Assembly (NCBI RefSeq): GCF_009914755.1
Contig: NC_060934.1
Source of the DNA: the human T2T-CHM13v2.0 reference genome, Homo sapiens
DNA length: 64,000 nt
Strand: one strand, 5' to 3'
Part shown: piece after piece, positions 27,696 to 53,770 of the stretch
How positions within the stretch are numbered: position 1 is the first letter of the stretch
Layout: each line of letters starts with the position of its first letter
Notes under the pieces: model-generated
The model's database searches: none
What the model saw: the letters and a program-made list of their open reading frames with translations, nothing else
Told to the model about the DNA's origin: nothing
Translations under genes and position numbers: made by a program

Positions 27696-29446
27696 TCACT
27701 CTCACTCTGACGTGTAGTCAGACTGAGGCTGGAGTGTAGTGGCATGATTTAGCTGACTGCAACCTCAAACACCTGGGCTCAAGGGATCTTCCTGCCTCAG
27801 CCTCCCAAGTAGCCAGGACTATAGGCGCATGCTGCCAGACCCAGCTAATTTTTTAAAATTTTTGGTAAAAAATTAGCTGGGGCCGGGCACAGGGGCTCAC
27901 GCCTGTAATCCCAGCACTTTGGGAGGATGAGGCGGGGTGGATCACCTAAGGTCAGGAGTTCAAGACCAGCCTGGCCAACATGGTGAAACCCCCTCTCTAC
28001 TAAAAGTACAAAAATTAGCTGGGCATGGGGCTCACGCCTGCAATCCCAACTACTTGGGAGGCTGAGGAAGGAGAATCGCTTGACCCAGGAGGCAGAGGTT
28101 GCAGTGAGCTGCGATTGCGCCACTGCACTCCAGCCTGGGTCACAGAGCGAGACTCCATCTCAAAAAAAAAAAAAAAAAAAAATTAGCCGGGCGTGGTAGC
28201 TGGTGCCTGTAATCTCAGCTACTCAGGAGGCTGAGGCAGGAGAATTGCTTGAACCTGGGAGCACAGGTTGCAGTGAACTGAGATTATGCCACTGCACTCT
28301 AGCCTGGGCAACAGAGCGAGACTCCATCTCAAAAAAAATTTTTTTGGTAGAGGCCAGGCAGGTGGCTTACACCTGTAATCCCTGCACTTTGGGAGACCGA
28401 GGCAGGCAGATCACCTGAGGTCAGGAGTTCGAGACCAGCCTAGCCAACGTGGTGAAACCCTGTCTCTACTAAAAATACAAAAATTAGCTAAGTATGGTGG
28501 GGCGTGCCTGTAGTCCCAGCTACTCGGGAGGCTGAAGCATGGGAATCACTTGAACCCAGGAGGTGAAGGTTGCATTCCAGCCTGGGCGATGGAGCAAGAC
28601 TTGTCTCAAAAAAAGCAAAACAAAACAAACAACAAAACTGCATGTATTTCTTTTTTCTTTTTTTTGAGACAGAGTGTCTGTTAGTTACTCAGCCTGGAGC
28701 GCAGTAGTGGAATCATGGCTCACTACAGCCTCAACTTCCCAGGCTCAAGTGATCCTCTTGCCTCAGCCTCCTACGTAGCTGGGGTTACAGGTGCATGCCA
28801 CCAAATCCTGGCTAAATTTTTCACTTTTTTTTGTAGAGACAGGGTTTCTACATTTTGCCATACCCAGGATGGTCTTGAACTTGTGGGCTCAAGCAATCCA
28901 CCCACCTTGAGCCTTCCACTCTAGCCTGGGCGACAGAGCGAGACTCCATCTCAAAAAAAAAAAAAAAGAAAGAAAAAAGAAAGTTCTCTAGGGAGAACTG
29001 CTGGGATTATAGGCGTGAGCCACCACACCCAGCCTAATATGTATTATAACGCAGTTGTATTCCTCCACTTTTTTCTAAATCAGAGAAGCGTTTATTAAAT
29101 GGCCCAGCAGTGCAACTGAAGACAAAAAAATTAAACAGTAATATAGCAAACCAAAAATAGGAAGCACCTAAATAAAACACCTGAATTACTTATCCTTAGT
29201 ACAAGTAGGAAGTATAAGTACAGTTTAAGGTAAACAAGTAATCAGTTTGTATTCTGTCATCTATCAGTAAATAGCCTCTTGACAAAACTGGTTTCCCAAA
29301 ATTAGCTGAGGGCATCTATAACTCTACAGTAATTATTAAATATAACTTGGCAATGTGGTAGAGTACAAGGAACAGTTAACTGGAAACCAGGACATCTGGG
29401 ACATTGCAGCTGTGTGACTTTGGGTAAGTCATTTAAAAGTTCTCTA

Positions 29447-29768
<322 letters not shown>

Positions 29769-30248
29769 CTAGGCTTTAGTTTCCTCAATATAAAATGAAT
29801 AGAATGGACTGGTTGACCGCTAAGCATTCTAGTAAGTCTAGAACTGATTATCAATACTTCATTAATGGTATTTATCATTCTCACTTAGGTTTCTGGGGAT
29901 TCTTTTTTTTTTTTTTTTTCTCAGTAGAAATAGGGTCTCACTCTGTTGGCCAGGCTGGTCTTGAACTCCTGGCCTCAAGCAATCCTCCTGCCTTAGCCTC
30001 CCAAAGTGCTGGGATTACAGACATAATCTCACGTAGATTTTTAAAGAAGCCATTTACAAAGATATAAAATTTGGGGGCCGGGAGTGGTGGCTCACGCCTG
30101 TAATCCCAGCACTTTGGGAGGCCAAAGCGGGTCAATCATCTGAGGTCAGGACTTCAAGACCAGCCTGCCCAACATGGTGAAACCCTGTCTCTACCAAAAA
30201 TACAAAAAATTATCTGGGTGTGGTGGCGGGCACCTGTAATCCCAGCTA

Positions 30249-30713
<465 letters not shown>

Positions 30714-30833
30714 TCAATATAAAAAAACTACAGTATGAAGGCGGGGCACAGTGGCTCACGCCTGTAATCCCAGCACGTTGGGAGGCCGAGACGGGAAGAT
30801 CACAAGGTCAGGAGATCAAGACCATCCTGGCTA

Positions 30834-31127
<294 letters not shown>

Positions 31128-31720
31128 CTACTAAAATGATCACTTGCTGGAAGCTTACAAATATATAATTGCTTGCTACAACTATTTTCCCAAGCATAGC
31201 TCCCTATACAATTATACACAGCAGAAATTTGGTAATTTACTCAATTCTCTATATAACAATACAAATTTTGTATTTAGCACCATGCTAACATTCACATTAG
31301 TTCCCCATAGGTAGTGTAAATATCTGAGGGAGAAAATGTATGAGTAAAAAAACAGATACCCCTATCCATTTATACCTTCCAAGTCCCACCCAGAATTCTG
31401 GTGTCCTGGCCAGTTCCACCTGCAACCTCTCCCCACTTCCTCCATACCAAGACTCCCTCCTTCCCTACAAAAGAAAGAAATCTTTCTTAGTATATTAGAA
31501 TCACATAAATTTCCCACACCAATCTCTATTCTACCATCTACTAGCTCAATAATCTTTGGTAACTTCCTGAACTTTTTAAGCCTTGGTTTTCTTTAAAGTA
31601 ACTAGTACCAGCTGCAGAGCAGAGTGTTGTTATAAGATAAAATGAGATAATGTGCCTGGCACATTAATAATCACTCAATGAATGTTATCTATTATTATTA
31701 TTGCCTTAAGACTGTTGTAA

Positions 31721-32137
<417 letters not shown>

Positions 32138-33537
32138 TGAGGTGGGAGGATCACTTGAGCCCAGGTGCTTGAGATCAGCATGGGCAACATAGGGAGATCC
32201 TGTCTCTAGAAAAAGTACAAAAATTAGCCAAGCACCTGTAGTCCCAGCTCCTGGAGAGGCTGAAAAGCAAGAGGATTCCTTAAACCCAGGAGACTGAGGC
32301 TGCAGTGAGCCGTGATTACTCCACTGCACTCCAGCCTGGGCAACAGACAACTCGTCTTTAAAGAAAAAAAAAAAAAAGGGCTTAAATTATGAACTGACCA
32401 GTGAATTTTCTCCTCAAACTTCCATTCTTTTATCTCTTCTGAGAAACTTACTATGTGTTTCACTAAGGCAGCACAGTTTAGTTTGGTTAACACTTTGTAA
32501 TTTTGAAAACTCTTAGGCTGGGCATGGTGGCTCAAGCCTGTAATCCCAGCGCTTTGGGAAGCCAAGCTGCCAAGGCAGGAGGATTGCTGGGTAACATAGC
32601 CAGACCAGCTTAGGCAACATAGCAAGACCTCGTCTCTACAAAAAAAATTTTAATAATTAACTGCGCGTGGTTGCATGCACCTGTGGTCCTATCTACTCAG
32701 GAGGCTGAGGTGGGAGGAAAGCTTGGGCCCAGGAGGTTGAGGTGGCAGTGAGCTGTGATGACACCACTGCATTCCAGCCTGGGCAACAGAGCAAAACCCT
32801 GTCTCAAAAAAAGAGAAAAGAAAATTCTTACTTTGGGAGGCTGAGGCAGGAGTATCACTTGAGCCCAGGAGTTTGAGACCAGCCTGGCAACATAGCAAGA
32901 CCCCATCTCTAAAAATAAATCAGCTGGGCATGGTGGCCCTCACCTGTAGTCTCAGCTCTGTTCAGGAGACAGAGGTACAAGGATGGCTGGAGCCCAGGAG
33001 GTTGAAGTTGCAGTGAGCCATGATCTTGCCACTGCACTCCAGCCTAAGTAACACAGTGAGACCCTGTTGCAAAACAAACAAACAAACAAATTCTTTGTCC
33101 TGTCAACTACTATATAAACTCTTCAGGGGCAGAACCTTGTCTCATACTTTCATGTTCATATATTGTGCTTATTACATTGTAAGTATTTTTTTCTCTATCA
33201 GTCTGCCCTCACAGGGTCTGAGCAATTCCAAGGCAAAGATCGAGTTCTACCTGTATTTGTATCCTGAAGGCTTAGCAATCAGACACAAAATAGGTCTCAA
33301 TAAATATTAAGTGGCTAAATGAATTAATCTTTTTTCACTGCAATGCCTTACACAGTACTTTACACATAACAGGAGTTCAGTAGAGCTTGTTATTGGATTC
33401 ATGCAGAAATCTTTTGGACTCAACCACCACACAAAGCTTTATCTTGCATCAGAAAAGCACTTCTACTTTAATGTTTAGCTGCTGACATTACAAATTAGGT
33501 TTTACTCTAACATATATCAAATAAATGGGTTCAGTGA

Positions 33538-33912
<375 letters not shown>

Positions 33913-34759
33913 TGAGTCACCGCGCCCAGCCAAAAAGCCATTATTCTAATTAATGCATTTGTGAACCTCAACATAAAAAAATCCAGTTATATAATCACAA
34001 GAGAGTTATCCCTTTCAAATGTATACCTACAAAAGATAGAAAAATGATCAGAAAACTTGTATCTGTCGATTGAAATAAATTATTTTTATGCCTGACTTGA
34101 AGCCATTGTTTTCACTACAAATAACAGTTAACCAGCAAAGTGGTCCACACCTGTTTCCAGAAAACAGTCCTTAAGACTCAAAGACTAGATGTTTTCCCCT
34201 CTGTGATTTTTAACTCCTGAGAGACATCTTTTATTTCAACATTGAGACATTCAAAACATGTTCTGTCTCCTAAAATAAAATCTCATTCATTTCTTAAAAG
34301 GCAAATAGCTTGATAAGCACACTTTAGGAACACCAGGTTTTACATCCAAATAACTAAAACTATCCCTAGATTTAGTGTTCAGCCTGCTGCTGCAATTAAA
34401 AAAAAATTGTTTTTTAAGTTACATTTGCGGAAGGTTTAAGTGTCGTATTGCACATTTTTTCACCATACCATCTAACCTGACTACCTTCCAGGTATTTCAT
34501 AAGCACACCGTAAAGAAATTGTACACTTGAATGAGTCTGGGAAGAAACGTAAGCTTAGCACACACCCCCTTCTTCCAACTCAATACGCTTCAGAGGAAGC
34601 AACCTTAGTGTTTTTTTCTTCTCAAGAATCGCTCTCTCCCGCCCCCCTACCCTGCGCTTTATTTTAGAGTAGCAATCATTCATTATCCTACTCGTAGTTT
34701 CTCAGCGAAAAGAACCTTCCCAACTAATACTAGTTCACCAGGACTCTCCGTTCGCATCT

Positions 34760-35770
34760 CAAGAGTGTCCGTGGGGTATCTCTCCGGAAAGAGGGAAAGG
34801 AGGCGGCGACGATCTGGGACGCCACCATTCCCGCCACGGCCATTTAGGACCCAGGTCCCGGCGCGCGGTCCCCGACTAGCCTCAGGCAGAGCCGGGGGAT
34901 CTGTAAAGGTCTGATCCCTTCTCCTCCCTCCACCCCTCTAACCAGTGAAAAGCAAACTGGGCCCAGCGTCTGTGCTCTCATTCAACATACCCTCCTCGTC
35001 GCTGTACCCCATTTCTTCCCACTTCTTTCCCAATGTAGCCTGGTCCCTTTATCCAGTTCCGAGTCTCCGTAAACACCCTGCTCCCAACACACACACCCCT
35101 CCACGCTCCAGCCCGCGCCCCCTGAACCCCATTACACCCGGGTCCCTCCCCCTGGACCTCCCAGCAGCTCTAGTCCTCCCCGCGTGCCCTAGAGCAGACC
35201 GGCGCCGCGTCCCTGTACCCACAGGACCCAGGTCCTGCCCCACACGTCACACTCAGGTCCATTCCTCCCGCGACCTAACCTTCCCCGCACCCCCTCCCCA
35301 GGCGCTACCCCCTGCACCCCGTTACCCCCGGCCCCGCCCCCCTGAGGGTGTCGCACTCACAGCTCCTGGCGCCGCATACTTAACCGCCGCGGCTGCTATA
35401 GCTACAGGGAGCCAAGGCAACCAGCTCTCGCGACACTTTCCTTGGCCATGGCGAGAGCACACGAGAAGAGACTCTCGCAAGAAAGTAAATGAGTCAGGCT
35501 GGAAACAGCGAAGTATATCTCGCGATAGCACTGTTTAAAATGGCGGCTTCAAGGCGTTTCACGGGTGTCCCGGACAGGCGTGGAGGTGGGGCGCAGGCGA
35601 GGATGAAGCTTGAGTTGGCCAGGAGTCGGAAAACGATTGCAGGCGGGACCGCGTCCGTCGGGGCTGAGGAAACTTAGCGTGGCAGACCCTAAACTGGGAT
35701 AACTTTAGGGATATGGCCTTCTTTTCCCAGTTGCCTCAAACTTAGAGCAGCGTCGTCTTTAGCCGAAGAT
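34760..35770. promoter_or_regulatory. USP54: CpG island / bidirectional promoter (distal USP54 promoter) with three TCTCGCGAGA-like motifs and a YY1 motif
   Basis: High GC and CpG density. TCTCGCGACA 35426-35435, TCTCGCAAGA 35473-35482, TCTCGCGATA 35518-35527, AAAATGGCGGC 35537-35547, GC box CCCCGCCCC ~35332. Confidence 0.85.
35361..35450 (-). other. USP54: USP54 distal non-coding first exon (donor after 35361; TSS approximate)
   Basis: Minus strand ...GGAGCT|GTGAGTGC inside the CpG island, followed by G-run-rich intron; known gene order. Confidence 0.65.
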
Positions 35771-36104
35771 TCATTTTCCCAGCATTTTCCTTCTCCAGGC
35801 GGAGTAGTTGGAGACAGAGGGCAAGCCAGAAACTGACCTTCCCATCTCCTCATTCCCTTCCATCAAGAACTTTTCATCGTTCTTTCCCCACCCTGGTTTG
35901 TAAATGGTATTTGGCTTCATAAAAACGTTTGTCCACAGGTGCCCTGCTCCATCAGTTCGCTCCAGCAATATAGGAAGTTACCAAAAAAAAAATTTTTTTT
36001 TATTGACCTTGGATGCAGAAAGGAACCGCGTTGGTGTGTGATTTGAATTTTGGACTTCTTGTTTCCTGCCTTGTGGCCACGTCCCCCTTACTTGGTGACT
36101 CTCA

Positions 36105-36598
<494 letters not shown>

Positions 36599-36664
36599 CT
36601 ATGATCACACCACTGCACTCCATCAAACAGAGCCAGACTCTGCCTCAAGAAAGAGTGTGAGAGA

Positions 36665-36848
36665 GATCAAAATATCATTTCAACATATAACCAATGTTAT
36701 TAACAAGATAACTTACATTCTTTCTTTCGTACTAAGTTTTCAAAATTTGGTGTTTATACTTGGAGCACATCTCATTAAGGACTGGGAGCATTTAAAGAGC
36801 TCAAGAGCCACATGCAACTAGTGACGAGAGTATCGGACAGCGCAGTCC
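36665..36848. mobile_element. hAT-Charlie MER3/MER33-like fragment
   Basis: gcacatctca...ggact...catttaaagagctcaagagccacatgcaactagtg...tatcggacagcgcag resembles the recalled MER3/MER33 end. Confidence 0.65.
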
Positions 36849-37657
36849 TAGACTCTAGAGTAATGAATGAGCTCTCTAGATGTCCGGGGGGTGGTATCAT
36901 GGGTGTGTGGTGTATGTAAAAGAAACTCTTGAAATTGCTAACTCAAATGGCTGCAGAGGCTAGGCAAGTAACAATAAAAGATGACCTGACATAGGGACTA
37001 GGACCCACTGGAGACTACAAACTCCTATCTAAAAGAGCCACTTTTCCTGAGTTTTAAAACACAGTGATGCCAAACAAGATGTCTGTGAGTAGGACACACA
37101 GCTAACTCTGCGGCCAATATACTGCCTCAGTGAACCGTGGTATTCAAATGTATGAAACACAAGGATTTTTTGTTGTTTTTTATTTTTTTTGAGACAGGGT
37201 CTCTCTAGTCATCCATGATCTCGGCTCACTACAACTTCCACCTCTCCCACTCAAGCGATCCTCCCACCTCACCTCCCAAGTAGCAGGGACTGCAGACACC
37301 TACCACTACACCTGGCTAATTCTTGTAGAAAGGGTATTTTAACAGAAGAATAGTAACTAGGCAAAGGGATGGCAAACCTTGAAAACCTGACCACATTTCT
37401 TTCTGGGTCCTGTACAAGTGTGTGCACTTTAAGCCATCATTGCAATTTAGGATTATAATTTGACTTCTAAGTAGAGTTTCCTACTGAGGAGATAATTTTA
37501 CAGCCAACCTGGGCTCCCTATAAATTAATAAGCTGATATCATGATTTTTATTATAGTTAAAATTTTAGACATTCTGAGCTTGAAAAAATTATTTCCAGGT
37601 TTTCAAAGCTGTTCACTAGCAGACTCCAGACATTTTTTTCTCCAAATTTAAGAGAAG

Positions 37658-37665
37658 GCATATAC

Positions 37666-37702
<37 letters not shown>

Positions 37703-37726
37703 TATATATATACACACATATATATA
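37658..37726. repeat. Compound (TA)n/(CA)n microsatellite
   Basis: direct reading. Confidence 0.9.
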
Positions 37727-37861
37727 TTTTTTTGTTTTGTTTTGTTTTTTTTCTGTTTTTTGTTTTTTGTTTTTTTGAGACAAGGTCTCACTCACACCCA
37801 GGCTGGAGTTCGGTGGCATGATCTCGGCTCAATACAACCTCCACCTCTCAGTTTCAAGTGA

Positions 37862-38143
<282 letters not shown>

Positions 38144-38399
38144 TGATACAGTACCTGGTATACAGAAGGCACATAATAAACATTTGTTAAAGGAATATAG
38201 TCCTTAAAACTTTTGAGGGGCTCACAGACTTAAAACCCGAGAATCTGATGAAGGCTAAGGCTTATTCAGATCTTAACTGTGCCCTATCCATATTCCCTCA
38301 AACTACCCCAGAGTTCACCTCAACTTTGGTAGACAGATCTTGTACAGGCCCAGAACTTCTTACCTCAAACACCTGAGTAACTCTATCTGGAAGTGCTAG

Positions 38400-39470
<1,071 letters not shown>

Positions 39471-39945
39471 TCCTTAGGAAAAAGTACAGAGGGGCAGGTG
39501 TGGTGGCTCACGCTTGTAAGCCCAGCGCTTTTAGGAGGCTGAGGTGGGTGGATCACAAGGTCAAGAGGTCAAGACCAGCCTGGCCAACATGGTGAAACCC
39601 CGTCTCTACTAAAAATACAAAAAATTAGATGGGCATGGTGATGGGTGCCTGCAATCCCAGCTACTCGGGAGGCTGGAGCAGGAGAATCGCTTGAACCCAG
39701 GAGGCAGAGACTGCAGTAAGCCGAGACGCGCCACTGCACTCCAGCCTGGGTGACAGAGCGAGACTCCATTTAAAAAAAAAAAAAAAAGGAAAAGGTACAA
39801 AGTTTTGTATACACGTTTAAAGGAGGTAGGCCAGGCACGGTGGCTCCGCCTGTAATCCTAGCACTTTGAGAGGCCGAGGCAGGCAGATTGCTTGAGCTCA
39901 GGAGTTCAGGACCAGCCTGGGCAACATGGCAAAACCCCATCTCTA

Positions 39946-40074
<129 letters not shown>

Positions 40075-40882
40075 TCACTGCACTCCAGTCTGGGCGACAG
40101 AGTGAGACCCTATCTCAAAAAAAAAAAAAAATGCTTAGAGGGGGTATGAATTCTCTGGAATTTGCTCATTAGATTATAAGTGAAGATGACCAGGGTAAAT
40201 GCCATTTGACCCAAGGTGCACTAAAATATGATCCATCTAATGCAGATTCTGGCAAACTTAATCTAACCATTAGCAGCTCATGGAGTTGACTGAATTCAGC
40301 CAGCTCTCCTTAGAAGTTATTTTCTCAGATCTTATTGCCATCTTTTCATTCTTTCTGATCTGCATTAGTCTTACTTTGTGGAACATGGCAGTAGGCCTGG
40401 GACTCTTAGAGAGTCCCCATCCTTGTAATGAGCAAAAAGAATATTGTTGCGCATTCCTATCGGGCTCTTAAGATTTCTTCCCAACCATACTGCTTTCTAG
40501 GTACCACTGTAGTGCCCTTGTAACCCTTAGATCTTTTCTTGCTGTGTTCAACACAGAGCCTGGCATACTATAACTGTAGCTGGTTTCTCCCATTTCCTTC
40601 TGGATTCCACATGGCCCCCTATTCTATTTCATCCTTTTGGGAATGTGTAATCTTTGACACTTATATTCCTAAACCCACTTTGGTATAATCTGGAAACTTT
40701 ATGGCATGCTCTAGTCTGTGACAATCAGGATAACCCTGATTATACCAGCTTCTAATCAACTACATAAAGCGGGTGAACACCAGGGTCACCAACACCCATT
40801 TCCCAACTGCGGTGCACAGCAGCTTTTTAGCTTTGCCAACATTTGGGCCGGCACATGTGTTTGTGCGTGATTATTTGTCTCA

Positions 40883-40951
40883 TGTACTATTGAATAAACG
40901 TCTTTGTAAGTAACTATGAATGTGGTTTTGTGCGTATGGGTGTAGGTGTGT
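40883..40951 (+). terminator. Candidate + strand cleavage/polyadenylation site
   Basis: TGTA 40883-40886, AATAAA 40893-40898, GT-rich element ~40920-40951. Confidence 0.5.
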
Positions 40952-41093
40952 AAGCAACTGGAGCTCAGATCTGTCTTAAAGTTTGCATAATTAATGTTTA
41001 GTATTTGGCTTTAATTAGTCTCTGTGCATTGTTAGCCTCGGCTTTCATCTGCTCTCAAATATCAAAGGAAGAATGAGTTCATTTTCCTTGAAG

Positions 41094-41099
41094 TTTATT
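41094..41099 (-). terminator. MYOZ1: MYOZ1 poly(A) signal AATAAA (3'UTR ~41075-41353)
   Basis: TTTATT ~255 nt downstream of the stop codon. Confidence 0.85.
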
Positions 41100-41353
41100 G
41101 ACTGTTACTGGTGGCAGAGCAAATTCCATAAACGAGCAGGTTCCATATGGAGCAAGTAGAAGGGGAGCTCTGAGTTGGTGAGGAAGGATGCGTGGAGTGG
41201 GGACTTGGAGTAAAGGATGGAAAGGTAGATCTCTCCTTTTTCCCTCCATTCCCATAAGGATACTGGATTAACAATGGGGGCTATCTGCTCAGCATTCCCT
41301 CTCCAAATTGGAGCCAGAGAGGGGAAATGATGCAAATCAGAGGAGGAAACACC

Positions 41354-49439
<8,086 letters not shown>

Positions 49440-50832
49440 TGTGGAGGTGGATTCAGCCTGGACAGGGTGGGAAGGAGGAGTTGGTGGATGGACAGGGACT
49501 GGGAAGAGTGAGTGTCTGTAGGAGAGCAGCACTTCTTAACCTGGGTTTAAGGGCTTGAGGGGACAAAAAAATTTTTTTTTCTTTTTTAGAGACAGGATCT
49601 CACTCTGTCGCCCAGGCTGGAGTGCAATGGCACAATCATGCCTCACTGCAGCCTCAACCTCCCTGGGCTCAGGTGATCCTCCAACTTCAGCCTCCCAAGT
49701 AGCTGGGACTATAGGTGCGCACCACCGTGCCTGGCTAATTTTTGTATTTTTTGTAGAAATGTGGTTTTGCCATGTTGCCCAGGCTGGTCTCAAACTCCTG
49801 GGCTCAAGCAGTCCTCCTGCCTCCCAAAGTGCTGAGATTACAGGGGTGAGCCACTTCACCTGACCCAGATTTTCAAAGAAGCATGTATTTCCCCAAAAGG
49901 TGAAAACTTGCGCTTTAGGGCTTCTCTTTTCTTGGGATACAGGACAGGAAGTATAGATGCACACCAGCCCCTGTTGTCTACCAACCTGTTGTGAGCTGTT
50001 TTTCATAGAGTCAGTGCAGGAATTAGGAACATAGCTAGGTGTGGGGAGTGTTTAAAAAACAATAACACAAGCAGGGCAATGCACCCAGGTTTCATTGGCT
50101 TGGCATGATTTGAAGTTTTTATTTGCACTGGGATATCAGACTGGGGCTGTGATTCCAGGCTCTGGTCTCTCCTCAGTCTTCCCCCAGTCCCCAGGAGGAC
50201 AGAGAAATATTCTGCCAGGGTTGAGGAGATTCAGCCAAAAACACTCTCCATAGGAAGGAGAGGTTGTTGCTCCTTCATCAGGCCAGCTGGAACATGGCCT
50301 GGGAAGTCATGGCCCTGCTCCTGCAATCACTCCCGCCACAGACCCCAGAGTGGAGGCAGGTGTGGAACTGGGAAGGGTAGGGAGCATTCAAATCCCGACA
50401 CGTCAATTCAGCAATATCATAGCAGTGGGGAATTGAGGTGGGGCAGAAACATAGTAATAGGATCTGGCAATGGAAAGGGACAAACTGGGATAAGATGGAC
50501 TCCAATCCCTTCTTAAGAGAAGTTGGCACTCAGTGAAATGCTGTCCTCTTCTAAGTCCTGTCTCAAAAAATACATCTGCAACTCTACTGACTTAGTGGGG
50601 TCTCCCTTCCCATTCTTCCAGTGCCTCCCCCGACATCTCCATTCCCCCCAACCTCCTGGGCCCCTCTCCTTCCAACTCTCCTTCCCCTCTCCTTCCAACT
50701 GGACAGCTGGGAGCTGAGCATAGATGAGGAGAGGGGAGACTCCCCCAGGATCAAGAATCACAATTGTAGACACAGACACAGAAGTCAACACAGTGGGCTC
50801 CAGCCTTTCTAACGATAGAGCTGGAGACTTAC

Positions 50833-50937
50833 CGGCTGCTCGGGCAGTGGTCAGCTCTCCCTGGGGTCCAGCAGCTTTGGAGGACTGAGCTGCTGTGACC
50901 GGAGAACACGAGCTGGGCAGGCGTGGGGGCAGCACTG
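50833..50937 (-). other. MYOZ1: MYOZ1 non-coding exon 1 (TSS approximate)
   Basis: Donor CCG|GTAAGT after 50833; TATA/MEF2 element ~25-30 nt upstream of the inferred TSS. Confidence 0.8.
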
Positions 50938-50939
50938 GC

Positions 50940-51360
50940 AGTGGGGGAGGGAAGTTGGTTATTAATAGAGATGATGAGCGCAAGCAGCTCAAATGGCACA
51001 GGGGGTACTGAGACCCTGGAACCAAGATCCCTCCCTCCTTGCCCGGAGGCTCAGGAAGGAGGGAAAAGGCCTTTGGGATTCTCCCACTGAACTGTCTGAG
51101 CCAGGGATCAGTCTGCCCAGGGACTCCCCTTCACATTGCACCTAGAGCCTGAGATCCAAAGAAGCACTTAGGGAGAAACTGAAGACTGAGAGGGAGACAG
51201 GAAGTAGACAGCAAGTATTGGATAGGAATTCAGTCAGAGAGAGAGAGTCTGGGGAACATGCCCTGAGGGCCACACAGAGCCAATCCAGGGCAGAGTGGAG
51301 AGACCTGTGGGTGTATTTGGAGCAGGGAGGGCTTAAAGTGCTATATTTGGGGACAAAAAG
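50940..51360 (-). promoter_or_regulatory. MYOZ1: MYOZ1 muscle promoter: MEF2/TATA CTATTAATAA (50959-50968), E-box CAAATG (50990-50995), CArG/MEF2-like CCAAATATAG (51341-51350)
   Basis: Matches or near-matches to YTAWWWWTAR, CANNTG and CC(A/T)6GG upstream of exon 1. Confidence 0.65.
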
Positions 51361-51564
51361 GGAAGTCTTCACAGTGGAACTGCTCTTTTAAAGTTCCTGG
51401 ATAGGTTGGTCTTTTCTCGGTAAGGGCTAGATCTTGGCAGGTTAAGGGACCAAATTAACTAAACCCAGTACCTCCTACAAAGGAATGATGTGGGGAAGAC
51501 TTGACAATTATTCTGTCTGCCTCACTCCCTATTCTTTCCTCTTGAGCTCTGGCAGTTTTAATAA

Positions 51565-53663
<2,099 letters not shown>

Positions 53664-53751
53664 TTAACCTATGGTCTCTGAGATCTTTTTTTGGAATTCT
53701 AAGACAGTGCACTTGGAAGAGTCTGCGGCCTGGGTCTGATTATTGGCACAA

Positions 53752-53770
53752 ATGTGCCCTCTGCTGGCAG
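53752..53770 (-). promoter_or_regulatory. CTCF motif between the SYNPO2L 3' end and the MYOZ1 promoter
   Basis: Minus strand TGCCAGCAGAGGGCAC closely fits the CTCF core CCASYAGRKGGCRS. Confidence 0.6.

Noticed and set aside
34945-35538. 197-aa Pro-rich ORF in the CpG island
   Set aside because: GTG start; stop-poor, C-rich skew explains the length; no domain
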